A stretch of DNA of 64,000 nt from Candidatus Giovannonibacteria bacterium (GTDB lineage Bacteria > Patescibacteriota > Minisyncoccia > UBA11713 > 2-01-FULL-45-33), in the NCBI GenBank assembly GCA_016176295.1, contig JACOXN010000004.1, forward strand, positions 6,655-70,654, read 5' to 3'. Below are positions 50,226 through 60,437 of the stretch, one piece after another. The notes under the pieces are model-generated. The model had not been told where the DNA came from. It saw only the letters and a list, made by a program, of their open reading frames with translations, and searched no databases. The position numbers and the translations under genes were made by a program. Position 1 is the stretch's first letter, and the number at the start of each line of letters is the position of its first letter.

Positions 50226-50319
50226 ATAGACGATGCTAATTATGCTAATTTCATGCTTATAATGCTAATTGCAAATATTCGCAATTCGAAGATTAGCATT
50301 AAATTCGCAAATTTGCATC

Positions 50320-51513
50320 TTATTTAAGAATTTTGGTTACCACTCCCGCGCCAACGGTCTTTCCTCCTTCGCGGATGGCAAAGCGCTGCTTTTCTTCCAA
50401 CGCCACCGGTGCTATCAACTTAACGTTGAATTTGACGGTGTCTCCCGGCATAACCATTTCGGTGCCCTCCGGAAGAGTTACTTCACCGGTCACATCCGTC
50501 GTCCTGATGTAGAACTGGGGCTTGTAGCCTGCGAAGAACGGCGTGTGCCGGCCTCCTTCTTCTTTTGTCAAAACGTATATTTCCGACTCGAATTCAGTGT
50601 GGGGAGTGACGGAATTGGGCTTGGACAAAACCTGCCCGCGCTCAACATCCTCTTTTTTCAATCCGCGGAGCAAGATTCCCGCATTGTCTCCCGCCATGCC
50701 TTTGTCCAGTTGCTTGTTGAACATTTCGATGCCGGTAACGGTAGTCTTTTGGGTATCTTTCAAGCCGACAACACTTACTTCCTCTCCGACTTTGACCTCA
50801 CCTCTCTCGATCCTTCCGGTCACGACCGTTCCTCTGCCTTCAATGGAGAATATGTCCTCGATGGGCATGAGGAAAGGCTTTTCAATGTCTCTTACGGGTT
50901 CGGGGATGTATTCGTCCAGGGTTTTTGCCAGTTCCAATATAGACTTTACCCACTCATCATCTTTGGAAGTAGCTGCCAGCGCTTTTAACGCCGAGCCCTT
51001 GATTATCGGAGTTGTGTCGCCCGGATAGTGGTATTTGGAAAGAAGCTCCCTTACTTCGGTTTCGACAAGGTCAATCAACTCTTTGTCGTCCACCATATCA
51101 ACCTTGTTCAAAAAAACGATTATGTTGGGCACTCCAACCTGGTGAGCGAGCAAAATGTGCTCTCTCGTTTGAGGCATTGGGCCGTCTGCAGCGGACACGA
51201 CCAAAATTGCGCCATCCATCTGAGCGGCTCCGGTGATCATGTTCTTGATGTAGTCAGCGTGCCCCGGAGCATCGATGTGCGCATAGTGGCGCTTTTCGGT
51301 TTCATACTCGGAGTGGTGAAGAGCGATAGTGATACCGCGCTGTCTTTCTTCCGGAGCTTTGTCTATATCATCAACTTTTTCAAGCTTTACTTTGAAACCC
51401 GCCAAATTTAGAGAATGCAAAATAGCGGCTGTTAAAGTAGTCTTGCCGTGGTCTACGTGACCAATAGTGCCCACGTTGAGGTGCGGCTTTGTCCGTTCAA
51501 ATTTCTCTGCCAT
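50320..51513 (-). CDS. tuf: Elongation factor Tu
   Basis: [21 protein letters not shown]; start at MAEKFERTK. Confidence 0.98.
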   Translation of the reverse strand: MAEKFERTKPHLNVGTIGHVDHGKTTLTAAILHSLNLAGFKVKLEKVDDIDKAPEERQRGITIALHHSEYETEKRHYAHIDAPGHADYIKNMITGAAQMDGAILVVSAADGPMPQTREHILLAHQVGVPNIIVFLNKVDMVDDKELIDLVETEVRELLSKYHYPGDTTPIIKGSALKALAATSKDDEWVKSILELAKTLDEYIPEPVRDIEKPFLMPIEDIFSIEGRGTVVTGRIERGEVKVGEEVSVVGLKDTQKTTVTGIEMFNKQLDKGMAGDNAGILLRGLKKEDVERGQVLSKPNSVTPHTEFESEIYVLTKEEGGRHTPFFAGYKPQFYIRTTDVTGEVTLPEGTEMVMPGDTVKFNVKLIAPVALEEKQRFAIREGGKTVGAGVVTKILK

Positions 51514-51653
51514 ATATTTACAATATAAAATTGCCAATAAAAGACGCCCGAAAGCGTATGGCTATATATTACAGGCTGTAAAAATACTGTCAACCCCAGA
51601 GAAAGCAAAACATGGGAATAAAAAAAGCGGCATAGATACCGCCTGCAACTCGC

Positions 51654-52016
51654 TTATTTTGTCTGCAAAATGTCGCAAATCCCTCCGCCTATTCCCAATA
51701 CTGGGTACTTTGCCGTAAAGGCCCGGATATTCTCGAAATAGTTATTTTTGTCGATTTTACCGTCCAATTTCGGGATAAACCAAAACTTCATTTCTTCCTT
51801 GTCGGCGATGAGAGCCCATTTGCCGTTTATTGTCCAAATGTCCCAACGCTCATAGGCATAAAGGACCAGCTCGCCGCAAAGAACCTCATTAGTTTCAATT
51901 TGGCCCGCAGTTTCTCCGACTGGAAGCCGGGGCATTGGAACGGGTCCGGCCAGAGCGAGTCTTGTAAGAACCAGCAGTAAAAACATTCCGACCAAAATTA
52001 GAACTGCCTTTTTCAT
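51654..52016 (-). CDS. Hypothetical secreted protein
   Basis: Signal peptide, strong SD. Confidence 0.7.
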   Translation of the reverse strand: MKKAVLILVGMFLLLVLTRLALAGPVPMPRLPVGETAGQIETNEVLCGELVLYAYERWDIWTINGKWALIADKEEMKFWFIPKLDGKIDKNNYFENIRAFTAKYPVLGIGGGICDILQTK

Positions 52017-52116
52017 TTTTTTCTCCTCCTTCGTCTAAACAAAGTAAAGCGTATAAACAGGTCTTTGACAAGTCCAGCCGACTTAAACATAAAAAATAAC
52101 CCCGTTCGCATTTTTT

Positions 52117-52752
52117 TTAATTTGCGCCGGGGTCTATGCCTAAAAAATCGGCAATACGTTTAAGGTGCCAGTTGTAATCGTCGTTCACAAACTTTTTTTG
52201 CTCTCTGGAAACAGGGTTCCATTGGCCTTTCGTGGATTCCCAATCCCCATCCGTGTAATACTCGATTACGCCAAATCCGGGATCATCGCGCTGGGCGCGG
52301 GTGAACGGCTCAAGACTGGTAAGGCCGGGTTTCATAAACTTCTGGTATTTGTTGAACTCGGCGTCGACGGAGTCATCCGAAATATGCTGTTCGAGCAGAG
52401 TCAAAAAATTTTGGCCGAAAGGATCGTGCGCATTTTCCGGTTTGGAAAAGTCACGGTTCGTGTAGAAAAAATCTATTGTGAGGGTTTTCTTCCCCCTGTT
52501 GTAGACTTCCACGCCAACCTCATAGAGGTCAAAATGACTGACAAAGCGATATAGATACCTTTTTCTTTCATAAGACGTGCCCGCGCCCAACACACTTACC
52601 ACATCGGCTTTTTTGACCGCCTCATTAGCAACCTTTTGCGCAATATTATGAGGCGTCGGAAAAGGCGCGCGCCGAAAGAGTGGAGAACCCATCGCATAAC
52701 TGCAACCGGACAAAATAAAAAAGAGAAACGGGGCCAAAAAGAGTTTTTTCAC
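52117..52752 (-). CDS. Hypothetical lipoprotein
   Basis: Lipobox LSGC, GAGGAGG SD, GTG start. Confidence 0.72.
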   Translation of the reverse strand: MKKLFLAPFLFFILSGCSYAMGSPLFRRAPFPTPHNIAQKVANEAVKKADVVSVLGAGTSYERKRYLYRFVSHFDLYEVGVEVYNRGKKTLTIDFFYTNRDFSKPENAHDPFGQNFLTLLEQHISDDSVDAEFNKYQKFMKPGLTSLEPFTRAQRDDPGFGVIEYYTDGDWESTKGQWNPVSREQKKFVNDDYNWHLKRIADFLGIDPGAN

Positions 52753-52827
52753 AGTACCTCCTCAAAAGACGTAAATCTTTTATTTTTATACGCCTTTTTT
52801 AGCAAAAGTCAAGTTTTTGCTGCGCAC

Positions 52828-53190
52828 CTACTCTTTATCGTGCGCAACGCATGTTCTGGCCGCGGGGTTCGCCCTAAGCCTGGCCTCGCCTATTTCCTCT
52901 CCGCCGGCCGCGCATGTGCCGAATTTACCGTGATTCGCACGTTCCAAGGCCTCATTTATTTCCCGGAGCCGCGACTCAAGACCCAGTTCAACCGGGGCGC
53001 GATTCTCATACTCCGCTTCTTGGTCAGCTATTTCTTCTTTCGCCGCGTTCATTACGTTCAAGTTCGGATATTTTACGTTCCAATCCTCCGGAGCTTCCGG
53101 ATTCCTTTCCGCAATAGATTTCAAGTCCTCTTCTATCTCAAGTTTTTCTTCCTCTAATTTTTTTCTGTAGTAGTCTAAATCTAAGGTCAT
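52828..53190 (-). CDS. DksA/TraR family protein
   Basis: ADQ coiled-coil tip, GKFGTC...RLRANPAARTC. Confidence 0.85.
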   Translation of the reverse strand: MTLDLDYYRKKLEEEKLEIEEDLKSIAERNPEAPEDWNVKYPNLNVMNAAKEEIADQEAEYENRAPVELGLESRLREINEALERANHGKFGTCAAGGEEIGEARLRANPAARTCVAHDKE

Positions 53191-53231
53191 AAAAAAATTT
53201 TACTAAACTATATCTTTGCGGTCAATGGATG

Positions 53232-54143
53232 CTATTGGCGCGGCGGAATCAGGATCAAAAGCTCCAAAATGCGTCCTAGCGCGTTCTCTGAATTTGAAAC
53301 AACCACGAACTGTTTAGAAAAAATACTGTAACCCATAACTATACCCCCGTCTTTGTTTCTTAAAACTCTTGCGTCGTTATTTTTTATTACAAAATCTTCA
53401 AAAGGCCTGTCCTGGAGATACGCGTAATCCTGATTGCCCAAAAACGGCTTCCAATCCGACCACATTGTTTTTTCCCAGCCCAGCATGGCTTCAAAAGCGC
53501 GCGAAAAATCATTTACTTTGAATGCCGCCGCGAAATCGCTCGAACGCTCACCGTAAACTATGTAAGCGTTGAACTCTGGGTAAAGCGAAGCGGTGAGCAG
53601 CGGCGGAGGCACCCAGCTCATCAGCTTTATGAACTCTACGGAATCGGTGTATTTCGCCGTTCCCGAACTTTCCGTCTTGATGGGAAAATAGATAACTGTG
53701 TTATAGCGGAGGCTTTTCCCAAGCTCGCTTTGGATAGCCCTTAAAAGCTCTCCGGAATTGAAATTCGCGGAATAAGGAAGAACGGAAATTTCTTTTTCTC
53801 CGTCCACGGCCACGAAATTCTTAAAAGCCTGCGGGGGCTTTTCAATGCTATTTTTTATGGCAAGCCTGGGCAGAATAATATACTCAACGGACACATACCC
53901 CAAGCCGCCGATAACGGCTGCGGCCGCGAGGGTTATCATCGCGTATTTTAAAATGTGGCTGTTAACAATAGATGAAGCAAGGGATTTTTTCTCCCCCGCC
54001 ATGTAAGATTTCGTCGCGATGTCCAAAGTCGAGAGCCCTTTGTCGCGCATATAGATCTCGGCATCAGTCTTGAAGGTCCTGATATTGGGAAGCTTATCCT
54101 TATCCGCGGCATCGGCTGTTTTTTTCTCATCCTCCATAACCAC
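53232..54143 (-). CDS. Single-TM hypothetical protein
   Basis: IRTFKTD N-terminus, TM helix, MLGWE..FEDFVIKNNDARVL. Confidence 0.8.
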   Translation of the reverse strand: MVMEDEKKTADAADKDKLPNIRTFKTDAEIYMRDKGLSTLDIATKSYMAGEKKSLASSIVNSHILKYAMITLAAAAVIGGLGYVSVEYIILPRLAIKNSIEKPPQAFKNFVAVDGEKEISVLPYSANFNSGELLRAIQSELGKSLRYNTVIYFPIKTESSGTAKYTDSVEFIKLMSWVPPPLLTASLYPEFNAYIVYGERSSDFAAAFKVNDFSRAFEAMLGWEKTMWSDWKPFLGNQDYAYLQDRPFEDFVIKNNDARVLRNKDGGIVMGYSIFSKQFVVVSNSENALGRILELLILIPPRQ

Positions 54144-54263
54144 ATCTTAGCACGAAAAAATTGTAATTTTGGCCAAACAAAAAAACCGCAGGCAATGCCT
54201 TGCGATTAATGTTGATATGAATAATCCGGTGGTATTTTGTCAATGATTTTCGAAGAGAATACT

Positions 54264-54665
54264 TTAACCCTGAACCGCTATTTCGACGCCGAATTTTTCT
54301 TTGATGAAAGATTTTATTTTATCTACTTCGCTTTTGAGAATAATAAATTCCTCCTCGCGGTCGGTCAGACGTTTAAGAAATTTATCCAGCGTGACAGTTA
54401 AAGATTGGATTTGTTCTCTTAAACCATTTAAATCTTGTTTGATTTCTGTAATATCTTGCCTGACTAAAGCCATATCAACCTTAAGATTACCGACATCCTT
54501 CTTGACCAAGACCATATCAGACTTAAGTTCGCTGACATCTTTCTTCACCAGGGACATATCACCCTTAAGTTCGCTGACGTCTTTAACTAAAGGTGCCACT
54601 CGCGCATCTAAAGTTTCATCAACAATTTGCTTTATGCCATCTAAATCCTTCTTGGTTAATACCAT
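54264..54665 (-). CDS. Coiled-coil heptad-repeat protein
   Basis: VKKDVSELKxDM repeats; 42-bp DNA periodicity at ~54470-54590. Confidence 0.8.
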   Translation of the reverse strand: MVLTKKDLDGIKQIVDETLDARVAPLVKDVSELKGDMSLVKKDVSELKSDMVLVKKDVGNLKVDMALVRQDITEIKQDLNGLREQIQSLTVTLDKFLKRLTDREEEFIILKSEVDKIKSFIKEKFGVEIAVQG

Positions 54666-54705
54666 AAATTAATGATACTACACTGAAACTGCAAGTAAAT
54701 TGGAA

Positions 54706-56919
54706 TCATCTGCGTCCGCCGCCTCCTCTGCGTGGCGGCCCGCCTCGGCCTCTTTCCTGGCGTTCTCTTTCTTCCATTTGTCTCCGCGCTACGGCCTCGC
54801 CGCTCCTCCTGTCGTCTTCGGACTTAAGTTCTAAGCTGGTCACCGCTTTAATGGACAAATTGAGCCTTCCTTTTTCGTCCACACCGATTATTTTGACCGG
54901 CACTTCGTCGCCAGGGGAAACCACATCCGTCACCTGGTTGACCCTGAAATTAGCCAGTTCCGAAACGTGTACCAGCCCCTCCTGATGCGGAGCGATCTCA
55001 ACCATTGCTCCGAACGGGAAAATTCTGGTCACGATGCCTCGCGTCTCTTCTCCAGGCACAAATTCTTTAGTCAGTGAAATTATCTGCTCTTCCGCGGCTT
55101 TCAGATTCTCCACGCGCGGCGCCGTAATAAACACGGTACCGTCCTGCTCGATATCTATTTCACATCCAGTGCTTTCAATTATCGAATTAATGACTTTGCC
55201 TCCCGCTCCGATAACGTCGCGAATTTTATCGGGGTTTATCTGCATCTTCAAAATGCGCGGAGCGAATTCTGAAAGTTCGGGCCGAGGAGCCGCAAGTTCA
55301 CTTTTTATGACTTCCAATATCTCAAGACGGGCTTCTTTGGCCTGAATAAATGCTTCTTTCATTATCTTCAAGGGAATACCTGCTACTTTAACGTCCATCT
55401 GCACCGCGGTAATGCCGTTCTTCGTACCGGCAACTTTGAAATCCATATCGCCGTGGTGGTCTTCCGGGCCCTGGATATCGGTGAGAACTTTGTAATGCTT
55501 TTCATCGTGCATCATAAGACCCATGGCGATACCGGCCGCGATATCCTTTATCGGAACACCCGCATCCATAAGCGCGAGAGAAGAAGCGCAAACCGAACCC
55601 ATCGAAGAAGAACCGTTGGAAGACAGTGTCTCCGACACGACTCTTATCGTGTATGGAAAACTTTCCGGATCGGGAATGATAGCGGAAAGCGCGCGCTCGG
55701 CAAGATGCCCATGGCCGATATCGCGCCTAGCAGGCCCCCTCATCGGTTTTATTTCTCCCACCGAAAAAGGAGGAAAATTGTAGTGGTGCATGAAACGCTT
55801 TTTTGCGCGTATTTCCATCCCTTCTATCAGCTGCACGTCTCGCGGCGCTCCCAAAGTAGCGGCGGAAAGAATATGGGTTTCTCCTCTGTAAAACACGGCC
55901 GAGCCGTGCACGCGCGGCAAAATGTGAGCCTTGGCGGAAAGCGGCCTGATTTGTTTTGATCCTCTGCCGTCCGGACGTTTTTCGGATTCGATTATGTTCT
56001 TATGGACTATCTCATCTATCGTGTCCTCAAAAAGCGTGGCCGCGACATGCGGCGAAAAATCCGGAAATTCTTCCACGCAGATGCCGAGCCATTCGGTTTT
56101 CAGCTCGTTCATCGCTTCGTAACGGTTTAATTTTTCTTTGATATAAATCGATTCCTCGAGTTTCGCCATGATCCGCTTTCTGAAAACCTGCGCAATGTCG
56201 GACGGAACCGACACGATGTGCGGCTCGACTTTTTTTTGTCCCATTTTTTTTATAATGTCTGCCTGCCACGCGGTAAGCTTGTCTATTTCTGAAACGGCGA
56301 GCTCCAATGCCTCCTGCATATCGGCCTCGGTTATTTCCTTGGCGCCCGCCTCAATCATATTAACTTTTCCGTCCTTGCCGCAGATTATGGTATCGAGCTC
56401 AGCTTCTTCTATTTCTTTGTAAGTGGGATTTATAATATATTTCTGGCCGATCTTTGAAACCCGCACGGCGCCGATGGGACCATCCCATAAAATATCGGAA
56501 GTTCCCAAAGAAAGCGACGTTGCAATGATAGCCGGGATATCGGGCTCGTTTTCTTCATCCACGGAAAGTGCCAGTACTATCACTTGCACTTCGTTTCTGG
56601 TTTTGGAATTAAAAAGCGGACGTATAGAACGGTCGATAAGACGCGATGTAAGAACAGCTTCGTCCGAAGCTTTTCCTTCTCTCCTCACGAAACGGGAACC
56701 CAAAATTCTTCCGGCAGCATAGAACTTTTCCTCAAAATCCACCGTAAGCGGAAAAAAATCAATCCCCTCGCGCGCGCTTTTGGCCTGCACTGCCGTCGCC
56801 AAAACTATCGTCCCGCCGTAAGTAACAAGGCAAGAGCCGTTGGCTTGATGGGCCAGGTCAGTAAACTCGGCGGTTAATGTGCGGCCGCCGACTTCCGTAG
56901 TAAATTTTTTACTGGTCAT
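54706..56919 (-). CDS. pnp: Polyribonucleotide nucleotidyltransferase
   Basis: FFPLTVDF, RLIDRSIRP, SNGSSSM, GDMDFKVAG, KH and S1 domains. Confidence 0.98.
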   Translation of the reverse strand: MTSKKFTTEVGGRTLTAEFTDLAHQANGSCLVTYGGTIVLATAVQAKSAREGIDFFPLTVDFEEKFYAAGRILGSRFVRREGKASDEAVLTSRLIDRSIRPLFNSKTRNEVQVIVLALSVDEENEPDIPAIIATSLSLGTSDILWDGPIGAVRVSKIGQKYIINPTYKEIEEAELDTIICGKDGKVNMIEAGAKEITEADMQEALELAVSEIDKLTAWQADIIKKMGQKKVEPHIVSVPSDIAQVFRKRIMAKLEESIYIKEKLNRYEAMNELKTEWLGICVEEFPDFSPHVAATLFEDTIDEIVHKNIIESEKRPDGRGSKQIRPLSAKAHILPRVHGSAVFYRGETHILSAATLGAPRDVQLIEGMEIRAKKRFMHHYNFPPFSVGEIKPMRGPARRDIGHGHLAERALSAIIPDPESFPYTIRVVSETLSSNGSSSMGSVCASSLALMDAGVPIKDIAAGIAMGLMMHDEKHYKVLTDIQGPEDHHGDMDFKVAGTKNGITAVQMDVKVAGIPLKIMKEAFIQAKEARLEILEVIKSELAAPRPELSEFAPRILKMQINPDKIRDVIGAGGKVINSIIESTGCEIDIEQDGTVFITAPRVENLKAAEEQIISLTKEFVPGEETRGIVTRIFPFGAMVEIAPHQEGLVHVSELANFRVNQVTDVVSPGDEVPVKIIGVDEKGRLNLSIKAVTSLELKSEDDRRSGEAVARRQMEERERQERGRGGPPRRGGGGRR

Positions 56920-57236
56920 TCTTTTTTATTTTTTAAGCCCGCCTTTGCCCGAAGACTTTGGCGCGGCGAAGTGATCTTCAGATTTTAGGGCCTTCCTTCG
57001 ACAGAGGCTCTACCTATCCAAAGACCACTTACCATTAATTTCTAATATTCCCAAAATAGCGCGAACCGCGGAAAAAGTCAAAATTTTGCTTGACATAATA
57101 ATGATTTCGTGCTTTTCTGTTGAAAGACGAAAGGTTTTGATAACTGAAGTCGTTATAACGCAAGGGATAATAAAAATCGGCCCGAATATGATTGTGATTG
57201 CGGGTAGGAAAAAAACCAACCCAGAAAGGAAAAAAA

Positions 57237-57497
57237 ATGGACAGAGAGGGAAAAAATTACTTCATTGCCCAAGTGACGTTTATCAATCAGTTGGTCGAGC
57301 TTGAAATTGTACATTCAAGCGGAAAGCCGGAAGAAGTGCTGGAGAAATTCGCCAACGCCAAAGGATACAGCATCAAGAAATTTATCTTTAAGAGCGACAT
57401 TTTGGCCTCAGCTGGAGCACACGTTGTCCAATTATCCGAACCGGGAAAGATGCTGCTACTGAGCGTAAATTATAGACAACTTACCGAATTGGAATAA
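57237..57497 (+). CDS. Hypothetical protein
   Basis: AAAGGA SD before ATG ~57237. Confidence 0.55.
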   Translation: MDREGKNYFIAQVTFINQLVELEIVHSSGKPEEVLEKFANAKGYSIKKFIFKSDILASAGAHVVQLSEPGKMLLLSVNYRQLTELE

Positions 57498-57576
57498 AGA
57501 ATAATCCGGGGAGGAAAAAAATAATGTCTAGTTGGAATCGACGTAATCGAATCATAAAAACCACCTCGCGGGGTGG

Positions 57577-58035
57577 TTATTTTTTTTGTTTCCAGCCGAT
57601 GACGGAATACCACAGGGCTGCCGGTTCGAAATAGAATCCTCTCAAAAAATACATGAACAACGGATTCAGCCTGTTTTTTTCGTCGAAATCTATATGGCCG
57701 GCTGCAATATGATAGAGTTCGTGCCGGATGCAAATGTCGGTCACAAAATATTTGGATAGCTCTACTAAGTAGCGTCCGGGTTCGATCAAAGCCGAGCGGC
57801 AATAGAGTGGCTTATCTTCGTAAGGAATTTCGTTATCGTCCACGTCGATAATGTTAAGCACGACAGTAGAGTTTATTTTGAGGCGTTTCATCTCTGCGAC
57901 AGTAAAATTTTTCAAATCTGATTCTAGAACGTCTGCGGCAAGAAATTCCTGAATAAACGTTCCGATTACCGGCAGTATTAAGAAAAGCCAAAGCGCGATT
58001 CCGGCTGACAAAAGAACAATAATTTTATTCTTCAA
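57577..58035 (-). CDS. Membrane-anchored HExxH protein
   Basis: N-terminal TM, IRHELYHIA, later E in FEP. Confidence 0.6.
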   Translation of the reverse strand: MKNKIIVLLSAGIALWLFLILPVIGTFIQEFLAADVLESDLKNFTVAEMKRLKINSTVVLNIIDVDDNEIPYEDKPLYCRSALIEPGRYLVELSKYFVTDICIRHELYHIAAGHIDFDEKNRLNPLFMYFLRGFYFEPAALWYSVIGWKQKK

Positions 58036-58160
58036 TTTCCTGCCCTCCTACGCCATGTTAAAGGACGAAAATGTATTTCGTATGAGTTGAAAAAAACCGC
58101 CTGGGGCGGTTTTTTTACCTCTTTATGATATATTTTGTTCTAGTAGTTACCAAGCAATTA

Positions 58161-58460
58161 TTATGCCCGCCTCTCAAGCAAAAGCACCCTTTTTTCCAAG
58201 GCGCTAAATTCATCAACGCTGACTTTTTGTTTCAATTCCTGTTTTATGAATTGAATGTCGGACTTCATGATAGTTATGTCCTCGGAATTTTGCGCTACCA
58301 TTTCCTGAATACTTTTCAATGTTTGACTGAGAGTTATCAATGGTTCAAATCCGGTCGCCAGCTTGGATTGGAAATCTTCGGCAAGGGCGGTTATATGCGT
58401 TTGGTAATCCTCTCTCTGTTCTTTAAGGATTTCTTTAAGTTTCGCCTCCGTGATTTCCAT
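58161..58460 (-). CDS. Small coiled-coil protein
   Basis: Heptad pattern, EFSALEKRV. Confidence 0.75.
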   Translation of the reverse strand: MEITEAKLKEILKEQREDYQTHITALAEDFQSKLATGFEPLITLSQTLKSIQEMVAQNSEDITIMKSDIQFIKQELKQKVSVDEFSALEKRVLLLERRA

Positions 58461-58499
58461 ATATAAAGTTTAATTTATTAACTATATTCGGTAAACCGC

Positions 58500-59036
58500 T
58501 TACCTCTTTATGATGTATTTTCCGGGTTCTTCGCCCAAGTCTATAAATTCGTCCACGATCTCTTTCAGTTTGCCGGAGCTGGAACGTCCGAAAGCAATGA
58601 CTTCCACGCGGCGGCCCTGGTTTTTCAAATATTCTACCAGTGGAATAAAATCCCCGTCCCCGGAGCCGATGACAATGGTATCCACGATCTCTGCCGTGCG
58701 GATGGCGTCCACCGCCATGCCGACATCCCAGTCGGCTTTTTTGGCGCCGCCGAAAAATTCCTGAAGTTCTTTTTCGCGTGTCTCGATGCCGAGCTTGGTC
58801 AAAGCCTCAAAGAAAGGTTTTTCCTCGCCCGTTTTTGTGCTGATGACATACCCGAATGCGCGGATCAGCTGCCGCCCGGCCACAGCCGACTGGAGTAAAC
58901 TCTTGAAGTTCACCCTCCCGCCAAAAAGGCTTCTGGCGGAATGATAAAGATTCTGCGCGTCTATAAAAATCGCCACACGCTGGTTCTTGTGCTTGAGTAT
59001 TTGGGTATTAATATTACCAGGTTTTGCTTCGCTCAT
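58500..59036 (-). CDS. NYN domain (LabA/DUF88) PIN-like nuclease
   Basis: IDAQNLY, KADWDVG, SGDGDF, DEF. Confidence 0.93.
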   Translation of the reverse strand: MSEAKPGNINTQILKHKNQRVAIFIDAQNLYHSARSLFGGRVNFKSLLQSAVAGRQLIRAFGYVISTKTGEEKPFFEALTKLGIETREKELQEFFGGAKKADWDVGMAVDAIRTAEIVDTIVIGSGDGDFIPLVEYLKNQGRRVEVIAFGRSSSGKLKEIVDEFIDLGEEPGKYIIKR

Positions 59037-59299
59037 TTTCTTAATCCTAATTTTTTGATTGTTTTTTCATACTTTTCAGGATCTTTTTTTGAAAAGTAGG
59101 AAAGAAGCTTCCTTCTCTTGGAAACCATCCGCAAAAGGCCGGTCCTTGAATGGTTGTCTTTCGGGTGCTTTTTTAGATGCGAGGTCAGAGTATTTATCTG
59201 TTCGGAAAGCAAAGCCACCTGCACCGGAGACGATCCCGTATCTTTATCGTGAACTTTATGTTCACCCACTATTTTTTGTTTTATTTTTGTTTTTAACAT
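59033..59299 (-). CDS. rpsO: 30S ribosomal protein S15
   Basis: [28 protein letters not shown]. Confidence 0.97.
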   Translation of the reverse strand: MLKTKIKQKIVGEHKVHDKDTGSSPVQVALLSEQINTLTSHLKKHPKDNHSRTGLLRMVSKRRKLLSYFSKKDPEKYEKTIKKLGLRK

Positions 59300-59342
59300 C
59301 GTAAATGAAGTTTAACACATTAGTTGATAAAAAGCAATTTTC

Positions 59343-59481
59343 CAGAAACCAATGCAGCTCCTTCACTCATTCTCGCTCGCCCAGCGGCTCGCTCCGAGGA
59401 TCGCTAGTCTTTTTGCTCTTGATTCGCAAGAGACCATGCCAAAAAGACAGCGAAATCCGTTCAGGAGCCAATTGGTTTCTG
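59343..59481. repeat. Palindromic element family B, left of xer
   Basis: CAGAAACCAAT/ATTGGTTTCTG terminal stem; core matches the reverse complement of 60438-60572. Confidence 0.82.
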
Positions 59482-59500
59482 ATTAATGCTAAAATGAAGC

Positions 59501-60436
59501 ATGGCAAGCTTGGAAAAATTAAAACGCGAATTCCTGGAATATCTTGAGATAGAAAAAGGAAGGTCGCTAAAAACAATTGAGAATTATGACCGCTATTTAA
59601 AGCGTTTTTTTGAGTTTTCAAAAGTTTCTTCCCCCTCTCAAATTTCAGAGGACCTGGTGCGAGAATATCGAATGTTTCTAAACCGAACCAAATCCGCCCA
59701 AGGCGGATCGGTTTTGAGCCGACAAACGCAAAATTTTTATATAATAGCCCTCCGGATGTTCCTCAAATTCCTGGCAAAGCGCGATATCGATTCTCTTGAA
59801 GCAGAAAAAATAGAACTCGCCAAGCTTCCTGCGCGCGACCTCGATCTACTGGATACAGCCGACTTGGAAAGACTCCTTGCCGCCCCCCTCGACTCTCCAA
59901 CTCGGACCAAGCCTTTGAAAAACTCCGTCACGGTTCTCCGCGATAAAGCTATCCTTGAACTTTTTTTCTCGACTGGTCTCCGTATTTCAGAGCTCTGTTC
60001 GCTCAACACCGACCACGTAAATTTAAAGCGGGATGAATTTTCCGTCCGCGGAAAAGGCGGAAAGATACGCGTTGTATTTCTTTCCGAATCCGCAAAAAAA
60101 GCCATAAGTAACTATCTGGACAAGGCAACCGGGGTTGAAATCCGCCCAAGGCGGACCAGCCTCGGGCTGGAAAAATTATTTCCTGTAACGCCCCGTTCAA
60201 TACAAAGAATGATAAAAAAATACGCCATCAAGGCCGGAATTTCAAAAAAAGTGACGCCGCATGTTTTACGGCATGCCTTCGCGACCGACCTTCTGCAAAA
60301 CGGCGCGGACCTCCGCTCCGTTCAGGCCATGCTCGGCCACGCCAACATTTCAACTACTCAAATTTATACGCACTTTACCGATAGACAGCTAGGCGAAGTG
60401 CACAAAGCTTTTCATGGACGAAAAAGACCGAACTGA
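59501..60436 (+). CDS. XerC/XerD-like tyrosine recombinase
   Basis: GLRISEL, GKGGK, HVLRHAFAT, LGH, TTQIY. Confidence 0.94.
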   Translation: MASLEKLKREFLEYLEIEKGRSLKTIENYDRYLKRFFEFSKVSSPSQISEDLVREYRMFLNRTKSAQGGSVLSRQTQNFYIIALRMFLKFLAKRDIDSLEAEKIELAKLPARDLDLLDTADLERLLAAPLDSPTRTKPLKNSVTVLRDKAILELFFSTGLRISELCSLNTDHVNLKRDEFSVRGKGGKIRVVFLSESAKKAISNYLDKATGVEIRPRRTSLGLEKLFPVTPRSIQRMIKKYAIKAGISKKVTPHVLRHAFATDLLQNGADLRSVQAMLGHANISTTQIYTHFTDRQLGEVHKAFHGRKRPN

Positions 60437-60437
60437 A

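Noticed and set aside
59501-60436. Integron integrase with cassette array
   Set aside because: No evident IntI-specific insertion and no GTTRRRY-bounded attC array; the protein looks Xer-like.
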